DNA of 64,000 bases from Deltaproteobacteria bacterium (GTDB lineage Bacteria > Desulfobacterota > Desulfobulbia > Desulfobulbales > SURF-16). Within the stretch, counting starts at the first letter, position 1; the number at the start of each line of letters is the position of its first letter. The translations under genes and the position numbers were made by a program. The DNA lies in the NCBI GenBank assembly GCA_024277655.1, contig JAJRUT010000007.1:26209-90208 (forward strand), given 5' to 3'. This document shows, one piece after another, positions 50,020 through 58,882 of this stretch. Below the pieces are notes generated by a model, which saw nothing but the letters and a program-made list of their open reading frames with translations, made no database searches and was not told where the DNA came from.

Positions 50020-50768
50020 AAAAACTCCTTCTTCTCAGCCTCCTAAGTTGCGGGCTTTGCCTTATCTTTAGTCAGATGGCCGATGCCGCCACCCTGCCAT
50101 CCATCACCCTTGGCACCGAGGAAACCACCGACCCTAAAAAAATGGCCGTGGTGGTGGAGATTCTCCTGGTCTTCACCGTCCTCTCCATGGCTCCAGCCAT
50201 CCTCCTGATGACCACAAGTTTTGTCCGCCTGGTGGTGGCCTTCTCCTTTTTACGTACCGCCATGGGTACCCAGCAGATGCCACCATCCCAGGTGATTATT
50301 GCTCTCGCCCTGTTTCTCAGCCTATTTATCATGGCCCCGGTCATGAGCAAAATCAACACCATTGCCATCCAACCGTATATGGCTGAGGAAATTGGCCTTG
50401 AACAGGCTTACAACCAGGGGATACAACCTCTGCGGGAATTTATGTTCAAACAAACTAGGGAAAAGGACCTTAGCCTCTTTGTCTCCATTGCCAAGATGGC
50501 AAAGCCCCAAACCAGAGCTGATGTCCCCATGACCATTTTGATTCCGGCCTTTATGATCAGCGAATTGCAAACCGCCTTCCAGATCGGCTTCATCCTCTTT
50601 CTACCCTTCCTGGTGATTGACATGGTGGTGGCTTCAGTCCTACTCTCCATGGGTATGATGATGCTACCCCCAGTTATGGTGTCACTGCCCTTTAAATTAT
50701 TGCTCTTTGTTCTGGTGGACGGCTGGTATCTCATCGTTGGTTCACTGGTTAAAAGCTTTGTCACGTAG
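50016..50768 (+). CDS. fliP: Flagellar type III export protein FliP
   Basis: 250 aa; signal peptide plus the conserved TSFVRLVVAFSFLRTAMGTQQMPP. Confidence 0.96.
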   Translation: MKKLLLLSLLSCGLCLIFSQMADAATLPSITLGTEETTDPKKMAVVVEILLVFTVLSMAPAILLMTTSFVRLVVAFSFLRTAMGTQQMPPSQVIIALALFLSLFIMAPVMSKINTIAIQPYMAEEIGLEQAYNQGIQPLREFMFKQTREKDLSLFVSIAKMAKPQTRADVPMTILIPAFMISELQTAFQIGFILFLPFLVIDMVVASVLLSMGMMMLPPVMVSLPFKLLLFVLVDGWYLIVGSLVKSFVT

Positions 50769-50864
50769 CTCTTCGCGTCCTTCGTGACTTGTGGCTTAGA
50801 ATAAACTCTTCGGACTAAGGTGTTTGGTTACCGGAGCAACACTACATTAGGCAAGGTAAAAACA

Positions 50865-51134
50865 ATGACTTCAATGGACGCCGTAACCCTGGGTCAAAAT
50901 GCTGTTTCCATGACCCTGTTACTCTCTGCCCCACTCCTGATTGTCGGGATGGTGGTTGGCCTTGCGGTGGCCATCTTTATGGCCACCACCCAAATTCAGG
51001 AGATGACCCTGACCTTTGTCCCGAAAATTACGGCGGTGATGCTGGCCATGCTTTTTTTCTCCTCATGGATGCTCATTCGTATGACAGATTACACCAGGAA
51101 TCTAATCCTGAGCATCCCGGATTTGATTAAATGA
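50865..51134 (+). CDS. fliQ: Flagellar type III export protein FliQ
   Basis: Start moved to MTSMDAVTLG, giving 89 aa (typical FliQ size) and two TM helices. Confidence 0.92.
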   Translation: MTSMDAVTLGQNAVSMTLLLSAPLLIVGMVVGLAVAIFMATTQIQEMTLTFVPKITAVMLAMLFFSSWMLIRMTDYTRNLILSIPDLIK

Positions 51135-51282
51135 TTTTTTTTTTGAGACCTTTAGGACTAACTCACCTCACTTTTTAAAGATGACAATACCCCAGAAATA
51201 AGCCATTTAACGCTAAGACCATCGAGGCATCCCTACCTACAAAGCCCCATAGTCTTCAACCTAAACACCTAAACTAAAAAAA

Positions 51283-52071
51283 ATGACTGAAACGAGCCTC
51301 TTAAACTGGACATTAGACAACATACTGGTCGTGGTGATTATCCTCACCCGCGTGGGGCCGTTATTGTTCTTTATGCCAGTCTTTGGTTCAAAATCAATCC
51401 CGGCCCAGGCCAAGATACTACTCTGCCTGATGGTTGCTCTGGCTTTAGCCTCATCCATCAAGGTATCCGCCCAGCAAATGCCGACAACCAGCCTTGGCTT
51501 TTTGATCTTTGCCGTGAGTGAGATCATCTTTGCCGCCATTCTGGCCTTTTTTGCCCGGTTGATATTCGCCGCAATCCAGCTTGCCGGGCAGATGGTGGGG
51601 ATCCAGATGGGTATGGGCATGGCCGGAGTGATGGACCCACAATTCGGCACCCAGGTTTCTCTGATTGGCCAGTTCTGGAACATCATTGCCTTTTTGATTT
51701 TTCTAGCGGTGGATGGCCATCACATCTTCTTTCGTACCATCGTTGAGAGCTATACTTGGGTTGCCCCCGGCACCCTGCATCTCAGCAACGCCACCTATAA
51801 TGGCATCATCAGAGGCATAAGCCATATGTTTATTCTGGCCGTAAAAATAATGGCCCCAGCAAGTGCCGCCGTATTTTTTGCCCATGTGGGCATGGGCATT
51901 ATTGCCAAGACAGTGCCCCAGGTTCCCATCCTAATTGTCGGGATGCCGGTAAACATCGTTCTTGGCTTTGTTTTTGTCGGACTTTCACTCCAATATTTTT
52001 TACCACTCATGGTGAATGAATTTCAGATGCTAAACACCTTATTACCACAACTTGCACGGGGGATGGGATGA
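51283..52071 (+). CDS. fliR: Flagellar type III export protein FliR
   Basis: 262 aa polytopic membrane protein at the conserved operon position. Confidence 0.92.
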   Translation: MTETSLLNWTLDNILVVVIILTRVGPLLFFMPVFGSKSIPAQAKILLCLMVALALASSIKVSAQQMPTTSLGFLIFAVSEIIFAAILAFFARLIFAAIQLAGQMVGIQMGMGMAGVMDPQFGTQVSLIGQFWNIIAFLIFLAVDGHHIFFRTIVESYTWVAPGTLHLSNATYNGIIRGISHMFILAVKIMAPASAAVFFAHVGMGIIAKTVPQVPILIVGMPVNIVLGFVFVGLSLQYFLPLMVNEFQMLNTLLPQLARGMG

Positions 52072-52102
52072 TAGGTTATTAGGCTTTCAGCCTAATAACC
52101 TA
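52072..52102 (+). other. Perfect 14-bp hairpin immediately after the fliR stop (TAGGTTATTAGGCT-TTC-AGCCTAATAACCTA)
   Basis: Read directly from the sequence. No T-run follows, so it is not a classical terminator. Confidence 0.7.
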
Positions 52103-52116
52103 GACACCTAAAAAAA

Positions 52117-53184
52117 ATGGCAGACGAATCAAGCGGCCAGGAAAAAACAGAAGATCCCACCGACCGGCGCCTCCTTGAGGCACGCAATAAGGGGGATGTG
52201 CTTAAGTCCATGGAGATCCCCTCGGCCGCCGTACTGATCGCCGGGCTTATGGGTCTGTACCTGATGCGGGGCTATATCTACTCCAATCTGCTTAACATCA
52301 TGCGTCATTACTTTTCGCAACTGCACACCATGTCCGTTGTTCCGGCAAACATGCTCCATATCACCTTGGATGCCATGTACTTTTTTGGACTTATCCTTAT
52401 ACCCATTATGGGACTGATCTTTATCACCGCAGCCCTTGCTAACTATGCCCAGGTTGGGGTGCTTTTTACTACTGAAAAGATCATGCCCAAATATGAAAAA
52501 ATTGATCCCATAAAAGGCCTCGCCCGGATGTTTTCCATGCAGACCTTAAATAATACTCTAAAATCCATTGCCAAAATCACAGTGATCACCTGGGCCGCCT
52601 ACACCATAGTAAAGGCCCACATAAATGAGCTTTTACCCCTAATGCACCAGGAGCCTATTTCCATCTTTATTTTTTACTGCAAAATATCATTTTTCATCTT
52701 CCTTAAAGCCGCCATCGTCATTGCCGTTCTTGCCGTTATCGACTGGGTATTTCAACGCTGGCAGTTTATGAAGAAAATGAAAATGACCAAGCAGGAAATG
52801 AAGGAAGAGGCCAAGACCACCGAGGGTGACCCCCACGTCAAGGGGCGTATTCGCTCCATCCAGATGGAAATGGCCCGCAAGAGAATGATGGCCGATGTCC
52901 CGGATGCAGACGTAATTATCACCAACCCCACCCGTCTGGCCATTGCCATAAAATATGACGCCGCTTCCATGATTGCCCCCATAGTGGTGGCCAAAGGTGC
53001 CGGAGTCATTGCCCATAAGATCAAGGAAGTCGCAACAGACAACGGCATCCCCCTCGTGGAGGATAAACCCCTGGCCCGCGCCCTGTATGGTGCTGTAGAA
53101 ATTGGCGACCAGATCCCGGCCGAGTTATTCCAGGCCGTGGCAGAAATTCTGGCCCACGTTTACGGCTTGAAAAAGGCAGCGTAG
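52117..53184 (+). CDS. flhB: Flagellar type III export switch protein FlhB
   Basis: N-terminal GQEKTEDPTDRRL, the NPTRLA autocleavage (NPTH-type) motif and 355 aa. Confidence 0.95.
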   Translation: MADESSGQEKTEDPTDRRLLEARNKGDVLKSMEIPSAAVLIAGLMGLYLMRGYIYSNLLNIMRHYFSQLHTMSVVPANMLHITLDAMYFFGLILIPIMGLIFITAALANYAQVGVLFTTEKIMPKYEKIDPIKGLARMFSMQTLNNTLKSIAKITVITWAAYTIVKAHINELLPLMHQEPISIFIFYCKISFFIFLKAAIVIAVLAVIDWVFQRWQFMKKMKMTKQEMKEEAKTTEGDPHVKGRIRSIQMEMARKRMMADVPDADVIITNPTRLAIAIKYDAASMIAPIVVAKGAGVIAHKIKEVATDNGIPLVEDKPLARALYGAVEIGDQIPAELFQAVAEILAHVYGLKKAA

Positions 53185-53194
53185 CGCAAGGTAT

Positions 53195-53229
53195 AACCCT
53201 TAACCCTTAACCCTTAACCCTTAACCCTT
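53195..53229. repeat. Perfect tandem heptamer (AACCCTT) x5 in the flhB-flhA spacer
   Basis: Five exact head-to-tail copies read directly, running straight into A8 and then the flhA ATG. Confidence 0.97.
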
Positions 53230-53236
53230 AAAAAAA

Positions 53237-55330
53237 ATGGCCGAACAAACTATCCATCCAATAAAATTTGATTACACCAGCCTTGGCGTTGCCGTTGGTG
53301 TGGTGGGTATTTTGATCATTATGATCCTACCCCTGCCGACAATTATGTTGGATCTACTACTGTCCCTCGGCATCACAATGAGCCTCGTTATCCTGCTCAT
53401 GTCCATGTACAACACCAATGCCCTGGATTTTTCCTCATTTCCATCGCTTTTATTACTAACCACCCTCTTTCGTTTGTCGCTGAATATTGCTTCAACAAGG
53501 CTTATCCTCCTCCATGGACATGAAGGGCCGGGTGCGGTGGGCAAGGTTATTCAGTCCTTTGGTAATTTTGTGGTGGGAGGCAGTTTCGCCGTTGGTCTGA
53601 TTATCTTTCTGATTATGGTGCTGATCAATTTCATCGTTATCACCAAGGGTTCCGGTCGGATTGCTGAGGTTGCGGCCCGTTTCACCCTGGATGCCATGCC
53701 CGGCAAGCAGATGGCCATTGATGCCGATCTTAATGCTGGCATTATTGACGAGGGCACTGCCAAACGGCGACGTGAGGAAATCTCCAAACAATCGGAATTT
53801 TATGGAGCCATGGACGGTGCCTCCAAATTTGTCCGGGGAGAGGCGGTGGCATCGCTGGTCATCATGGCGATCAACATTATCGGTGGTCTGCTTATTGGTT
53901 CGATGATGCAGAACATGCCTATTTTAAAGGCGGCTGAGACATACACCCTTCTTACCATCGGTGATGGTCTGGTCTCCCAAATCCCCTCTCTTATTATCTC
54001 AACCGCAGCCGGTATTATTGTCAGCCGGGCGGCATCTGACTCATCCATGGGCAAGGAGATCACCAGTCAGTTTGCCAAACAACCGGAGGCTCTGGCGGTT
54101 TCCTCGGCCATAATCCTCCTTTTCGGTATGATCCCCGGACTACCCCATATTCCCTTCCTTATACTCGGTTTTACCATGGGTGGCCTTGCCTGGATGGCCT
54201 TTCAGCATCAGGGCCAGGAAGCCGCCGATGAGGCCAAAGCCGAAGAACAGGCCCAGAAGGAAGAACAGGTAGGTTCACCGGAAACGGTGGAAGCCCTCCT
54301 GTCCATGGACACCCTGGAACTTGAAGTAGGTTATGGCCTAATCCCTCTGGTTGATGAAAGTCAAGATGGCGACCTGCTTGAACGTATTCGCGGCATCCGC
54401 CGCCAGTTTGCCACTGAAATCGGCATGATCCTGCCACCGCTGCATGTGCGGGACAACCTGCAAATCAACCCGGATGAGTATGTCCTGATCCTAAAAGGGG
54501 TGGAAATTGCCAAGGGTGAACTGCTTATGAAACATTTTCTGGCCATGGATTCCGGTGCCGCTAAACGCGAGATTGAAGGCATCCCCACAGTGGAGCCAGC
54601 CTTTAAGCTCCCAGCAATCTGGATCAGTGAAGATAAAAAGGATGAGGCCCAGCTTGCAGGCTACACGGTGGTTGACCCATCCACCGTGGTGGCCACCCAT
54701 CTTACCGAGGTGCTTCGCTCCCACGCCGATGAGCTCCTCGGTCGCCAGGACACCCAGAAACTCCTCGACCATCTGGCCCAGACCCAACCCAAGGTTGTGG
54801 AGGAGCTCATTCCCAACGTCATTACCCTTGGCACGATGCAAAAGATTCTTCAGAATCTTTTGCGGGAACGTGTTTCCATCCGCGATCTGCTCACCATCAC
54901 GGAAACCCTGGCTGACTTTGGCGTCACCACAAAATCACCGGATCTACTTACCGAGTATGTGCGTCAGAAGCTGTCGCGCTCCCTCATCGGCAGCCTCACA
55001 GATGACAAAGGGGTACTCCATGTTCTCACGGTTGAGACCCAGATTGAAGACTTTATCCGTGAGGCAATTCAGCAAACGGAACAGGGAACCTTCCTGTCCC
55101 TTGAGCCAAACCTTGGCCAAGCCATTGTCGAAGCGGTGATAAAGGAAACCGAGCGCGTCTCCCTTGAGGGATACCAGCCAGTCCTGCTGTCCACCCCAGT
55201 AACTCGCAGGCATTTACGCCAGTTGATTGAACCCTTTGCCCCGCAGGTGATGGTGCTTTCGGCCTCAGAACTCACCGCAAATGTAAAAATTAACTCCCTT
55301 GGCACCGTGAGCCTTAATAAGGCCACTTAA
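53237..55330 (+). CDS. flhA: Flagellar type III export gate protein FlhA
   Basis: 697 aa; conserved FPSLLLLTTLFRLSLNIASTRLIL and RFTLDAMPGKQMAIDADL. Confidence 0.97.
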   Translation: MAEQTIHPIKFDYTSLGVAVGVVGILIIMILPLPTIMLDLLLSLGITMSLVILLMSMYNTNALDFSSFPSLLLLTTLFRLSLNIASTRLILLHGHEGPGAVGKVIQSFGNFVVGGSFAVGLIIFLIMVLINFIVITKGSGRIAEVAARFTLDAMPGKQMAIDADLNAGIIDEGTAKRRREEISKQSEFYGAMDGASKFVRGEAVASLVIMAINIIGGLLIGSMMQNMPILKAAETYTLLTIGDGLVSQIPSLIISTAAGIIVSRAASDSSMGKEITSQFAKQPEALAVSSAIILLFGMIPGLPHIPFLILGFTMGGLAWMAFQHQGQEAADEAKAEEQAQKEEQVGSPETVEALLSMDTLELEVGYGLIPLVDESQDGDLLERIRGIRRQFATEIGMILPPLHVRDNLQINPDEYVLILKGVEIAKGELLMKHFLAMDSGAAKREIEGIPTVEPAFKLPAIWISEDKKDEAQLAGYTVVDPSTVVATHLTEVLRSHADELLGRQDTQKLLDHLAQTQPKVVEELIPNVITLGTMQKILQNLLRERVSIRDLLTITETLADFGVTTKSPDLLTEYVRQKLSRSLIGSLTDDKGVLHVLTVETQIEDFIREAIQQTEQGTFLSLEPNLGQAIVEAVIKETERVSLEGYQPVLLSTPVTRRHLRQLIEPFAPQVMVLSASELTANVKINSLGTVSLNKAT

Positions 55331-55356
55331 ATAAACAACGAGATAATAGACGACCT

Positions 55357-56442
55357 ATGATCATTAAACGATTTACAGCACAAACAGCACCCAAGGCCAT
55401 GAAACTTGTCAAAGACGCCCTTGGCCTTGATGCGGTTATCTTCTCCCAGAAGACCCTTGATAAAGGCAGCGCCAATGAACGAGTGGAAATCATGGCCGCC
55501 ATCGACCATGACACGATAACCTCCCCCCCTCTGCCCAATCCTGAACCGGGAGCAACCACAGGTGGCGCAGGCTATGGCTATCAAACGGTACGCAAACAGG
55601 CCACCCAAAAGAAACCTGTGAAAACCAGACCAAAGCCAAAAAAAAGACAGGCCCAGGCCCCGGAAAGCCAAAAGGTACGCCAAAACTTTTCTCGTCTTCT
55701 TCAGGAAAGAGAGGCCAGCCTCAGACCAAAGACAGTTCCCCCAAAACAGCTCAAGACCAAGGCCACAATATGGCGCGATGAGATCATCGATCAGGTTCAG
55801 GCTCTGCCCGTCGCCCAGAGCTCCGGTAACGACCCCATCATCATCGCCCTTGTCGGCCCCACTGGAGTTGGCAAGACTACGACTGCAGCCAAACTTGCCG
55901 CCTGGTACCATATCCAGGAGGGCAAAAAAGTTGCCCTCCTCACCATGGATTGTTACCGCATCGGTGCCACCGACCAGCTTCGCACCTATGCCAGAATCAT
56001 GCATCTGCCCTGCGAAGTTGCCATCCGCAAAAAAGATCTGGAGCAGGCCATTGCCCGACATTGGGATACGGATGTCATCATCATCGACACCACCGGCAAA
56101 TCCCCCTATGACACAGACCATATTGACGAGCTCGCGGAATGGTTTGCCGAAATCGCCTCCCTGCAGCCACTCCTTGTGGTGAGTGCCACCACCAAAAAGG
56201 AAGACCTACGCCAAATTGTCCAGGTGTACGACGCCCTTGAACCACACTCACTGATCCTGACCAAACTTGACGAAACCAGAACCTACGCCAGCCTCTGCCA
56301 ACAGGTGGCTGCGTCAAATCTGCCGGTGGGGTACCTCACCATGGGTCAACGGGTACCAGAAGATTTTATCGTCCCCGACAAACCTCTCCTCGACACCTTT
56401 TTCAAGAAAGGCTGGTCGGCACTTGAACAACATATAAATTAG
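55357..56442 (+). CDS. flhF: Flagellar biosynthesis GTPase FlhF (SRP family)
   Basis: N-terminal MIIKRFTAQTAPKAMKLVKDALG, G1 motif LVGPTGVGKTTT, DTTGKS and LTKLDET. Confidence 0.93.
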   Translation: MIIKRFTAQTAPKAMKLVKDALGLDAVIFSQKTLDKGSANERVEIMAAIDHDTITSPPLPNPEPGATTGGAGYGYQTVRKQATQKKPVKTRPKPKKRQAQAPESQKVRQNFSRLLQEREASLRPKTVPPKQLKTKATIWRDEIIDQVQALPVAQSSGNDPIIIALVGPTGVGKTTTAAKLAAWYHIQEGKKVALLTMDCYRIGATDQLRTYARIMHLPCEVAIRKKDLEQAIARHWDTDVIIIDTTGKSPYDTDHIDELAEWFAEIASLQPLLVVSATTKKEDLRQIVQVYDALEPHSLILTKLDETRTYASLCQQVAASNLPVGYLTMGQRVPEDFIVPDKPLLDTFFKKGWSALEQHIN

Positions 56443-56550
56443 GAGGAAAAGAAGATACAGGAGATAGAGAAGATAAAGAATATAAAGAAGATAGGTTCCC
56501 CTTCTTTACTCCCCTTTGTTTCTTTATTTTCTTTACATTCTATTAAAAAT
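56443..56550. repeat. Purine-arm / pyrimidine-arm imperfect palindromic element (copy 2) with 9-nt periodicity
   Basis: Units AGATACAGG / AGATAGAGA / AGATAAAGA / ATATAAAGA / AGATAGGTT (56454-56498), followed by a CT-rich arm. It shares TTCTTTACATTCT (56529-56541) with copy 1. Confidence 0.6.
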
Positions 56551-56552
56551 AA

Positions 56553-57425
56553 ATGAACCAAGCAACCACGTTACATAAAATAATGGCCCAATCACATACT
56601 CAACTGGAGTCTTCCATGTTCAAACAACCACGAGTCATCGCCATTGCCAGTGGCAAGGGTGGAGTTGGCAAAACCAATATCAGCGCCAATCTCGCCTATG
56701 CCCTGGCCAAGAAAGGCCAGAAGGTCCTGCTCCTTGATGCCGACCTCAACCTGGCTAACGTCGATATTCTCCTTGGCCTTACCCCAAAGTATAACCTCCA
56801 CCATGTCTTCCTCGGCCAAAAACGGTTGCAGGATATTCTGGTGGACGGCCCCGGCGGTTTCCAGCTCCTGCCCGCAAGTTCCGGGGTGATGGAAATGGCT
56901 GAACTCACCGAGGACCAGAAACTGTACTTCCTCTCCGAGATCAGTGAGCTTGGTCATGATATTGACATTATGATCATTGATACCGCGGCAGGAATCAATA
57001 AAAACGTGATCTACTTTACCCTGGCCTCCCAGGAAAAGATCATTGTCCTGACCCCGGAACCAACCTCCCTCACTGACGCCTACGCGCTGATCAAGGTTTT
57101 ATCATCCCGGCATGATGTGCGCCGTTTCAGGATTCTGGTCAACAATGCCCACTCGGAAAAAGAGGCCCTGGCAGTATATCGGCAACTAACCCTTGTGGCG
57201 GATCGTTTTCTCGACTCTCTTTCCCTGGACTATCTTGGCTACCTGCCCTTTGACCAGAAACTCAGCCAGGCCGTCAGGGCACAGCGTCTGGTGGTTGATC
57301 TATCACCAACGGCTGAAATTAGCGGTAAATTTTTACAACTTGCCGAACAGATTATTTCGGAGGAGGGGCAGCAGCATAATGATGGAAATATTAAATTTTT
57401 CTGGAAAGGTCTTTTCAACCTGTAA
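56553..57425 (+). CDS. flhG: Flagellar number regulator FlhG/FleN (MinD-like ATPase)
   Basis: Deviant Walker A SGKGGVGKTN and 290 aa, at the position after flhF. Confidence 0.92.
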   Translation: MNQATTLHKIMAQSHTQLESSMFKQPRVIAIASGKGGVGKTNISANLAYALAKKGQKVLLLDADLNLANVDILLGLTPKYNLHHVFLGQKRLQDILVDGPGGFQLLPASSGVMEMAELTEDQKLYFLSEISELGHDIDIMIIDTAAGINKNVIYFTLASQEKIIVLTPEPTSLTDAYALIKVLSSRHDVRRFRILVNNAHSEKEALAVYRQLTLVADRFLDSLSLDYLGYLPFDQKLSQAVRAQRLVVDLSPTAEISGKFLQLAEQIISEEGQQHNDGNIKFFWKGLFNL

Positions 57426-57491
57426 TATACTTTTTTTGAGTAGTTAACAATTTAGTAGTTGAGAACTGACAAAAGGAATAAAAACAAGACA

Positions 57492-58274
57492 ATGAGTAAA
57501 CCCCAGGCAGCGCTATTTAAAGATTACACCAACGCTTATTTCAAGGCGGAGAACACTCCTGACGCCAAGCAGCGTGATGATCTTATCTTAGCCTACACGC
57601 CTTTAATCAAATATATTGCCGCAAGACTTGCCGCAAGACTGCCGCCCCAGGTGGCCTTTGATGATCTGGTATCAAGTGGGATAATTGGTCTTATTGACGC
57701 CATCGACAAGTTTGACCTAGGTAAAAAGGTGCAGTTTAAAACCTACGCTGAATTTCGCGTTCGCGGGGCCATGCTTGATGAACTGCGCTCCCTCGACTGG
57801 GTGCCTCGCTCTGTGCGCAAAAAAGCCACCCAGATCGAACATGCCTTTAATAGTTTAGAGAAAAGACTTGGCCGCCCGGCCACCGATGAAGAGATGGCCG
57901 ATTCCCTCGATGTCGACCTTGACCACTACTACAAGCTCCTGGATGAGACCAAGACGATATCGTTTATGGATGTTGACCTGATCCGCCAAAAGAACCCAGA
58001 CAATATCATTGTCGGCGGGGGGTTTTCGGCTATATCCATGGATCAGTCAGACCCGTTTGCCGCCTTGAACCTGCAACAGATCCGTGATCTATTGGCAGAG
58101 AACATTAACGATTTACCAAAGAACGAACGCCTCACCGTATCCCTTTATTATTTTAATGAACTCACCATGAAAGAGATCGGTAAAGTGCTGGACTACACCG
58201 AGTCACGGATTTCACAAATGCACTCAAAGGCCATGCTGAGACTGCGAAGCAAGTTACGCAAGGCCCTGTCGTGA
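57492..58274 (+). CDS. fliA: Flagellar sigma factor FliA (sigma-28)
   Basis: The ATG start (MSKPQAALF) is preferred over the track TTG. Sigma-70 regions 2-4 are present (KFDLGKKVQFKTYAEFRVRGAMLDELR; LTMKEIGKVLDYTESRISQMH). Confidence 0.92.
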   Translation: MSKPQAALFKDYTNAYFKAENTPDAKQRDDLILAYTPLIKYIAARLAARLPPQVAFDDLVSSGIIGLIDAIDKFDLGKKVQFKTYAEFRVRGAMLDELRSLDWVPRSVRKKATQIEHAFNSLEKRLGRPATDEEMADSLDVDLDHYYKLLDETKTISFMDVDLIRQKNPDNIIVGGGFSAISMDQSDPFAALNLQQIRDLLAENINDLPKNERLTVSLYYFNELTMKEIGKVLDYTESRISQMHSKAMLRLRSKLRKALS

Positions 58275-58436
58275 GAAAAGGGTCTATACTTTGTTGTACG
58301 AAGACGATTAACTGGAGGGTATTTTCCTTAAAAAGAAAATTAACCCTTCCACTTTGAAAAGTTTTCTGCGTACACTATCACTAGTTTTACCATAACGGTA
58401 AACTGGCTTACTATATTGAAACATAGAGGAAAAAAG

Positions 58437-58817
58437 ATGGGCTATGACACCGACATGAAAGTTTTAGTAGTTGACGACTTCGCGACAATGCGCCGCATTG
58501 TAAAAAATATTTTGACCCAACTAGGGTTTAAAAACATTATTGAAGCCGATGATGGTGCCACAGCCGTTGACCTTCTCAAAAACGAGAAGGTCGACCTTAT
58601 CATCTCCGACTGGAATATGCCCAAGATGACTGGACTTGAGCTTCTCCAACATGTTCGGGCGGATGCAAGCATGGCTGATGTCCCCTTTGTTATGGTTACC
58701 GCTGAGGCGCAACAGGATAACATCATCCTGGCCGTCAAGGCCAAAGTCAGCCAGTATATCGTTAAACCCTTCACCGCCGAAACCCTCGGTGAAAAGTTAG
58801 ACAAAGTGTTTGGGTAG
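58437..58817 (+). CDS. cheY: Chemotaxis response regulator CheY
   Basis: ATG with an AGAGGA SD (the track start is a TTG). Motifs VLVVDDFATMRR...ISDWNMP...YIVKPFT. Confidence 0.93.
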   Translation: MGYDTDMKVLVVDDFATMRRIVKNILTQLGFKNIIEADDGATAVDLLKNEKVDLIISDWNMPKMTGLELLQHVRADASMADVPFVMVTAEAQQDNIILAVKAKVSQYIVKPFTAETLGEKLDKVFG

Positions 58818-58828
58818 TCTCTCCACTC

Positions 58829-58860
58829 GGTGCAACCCGGCCTCTCCTCCGGGTTGCACC
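58829..58860 (+). terminator. Terminator-like hairpin after cheY (12-bp stem GGTGCAACCCGG / CCGGGTTGCACC)
   Basis: Perfect GC-rich stem followed by a pyrimidine-rich but weak T tract. Confidence 0.55.
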
Positions 58861-58882
58861 TCTTTCTTCCCCCTTCCAGGCC

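Noticed and set aside
53195-53229. Whether the heptamer arrays could be a CRISPR array or a telomere-like end
   Set aside because: The units are 7 nt with no spacers, so this is not a CRISPR array. The arrays are internal to an operon on a normal chromosomal segment, so they are not replicon ends.
55327-56121. 264-aa minus-strand ORF
   Set aside because: It is fully antisense to flhF, whose product has unmistakable SRP-GTPase motifs. The antisense product is Gly/Asp/Leu-rich with no motifs.
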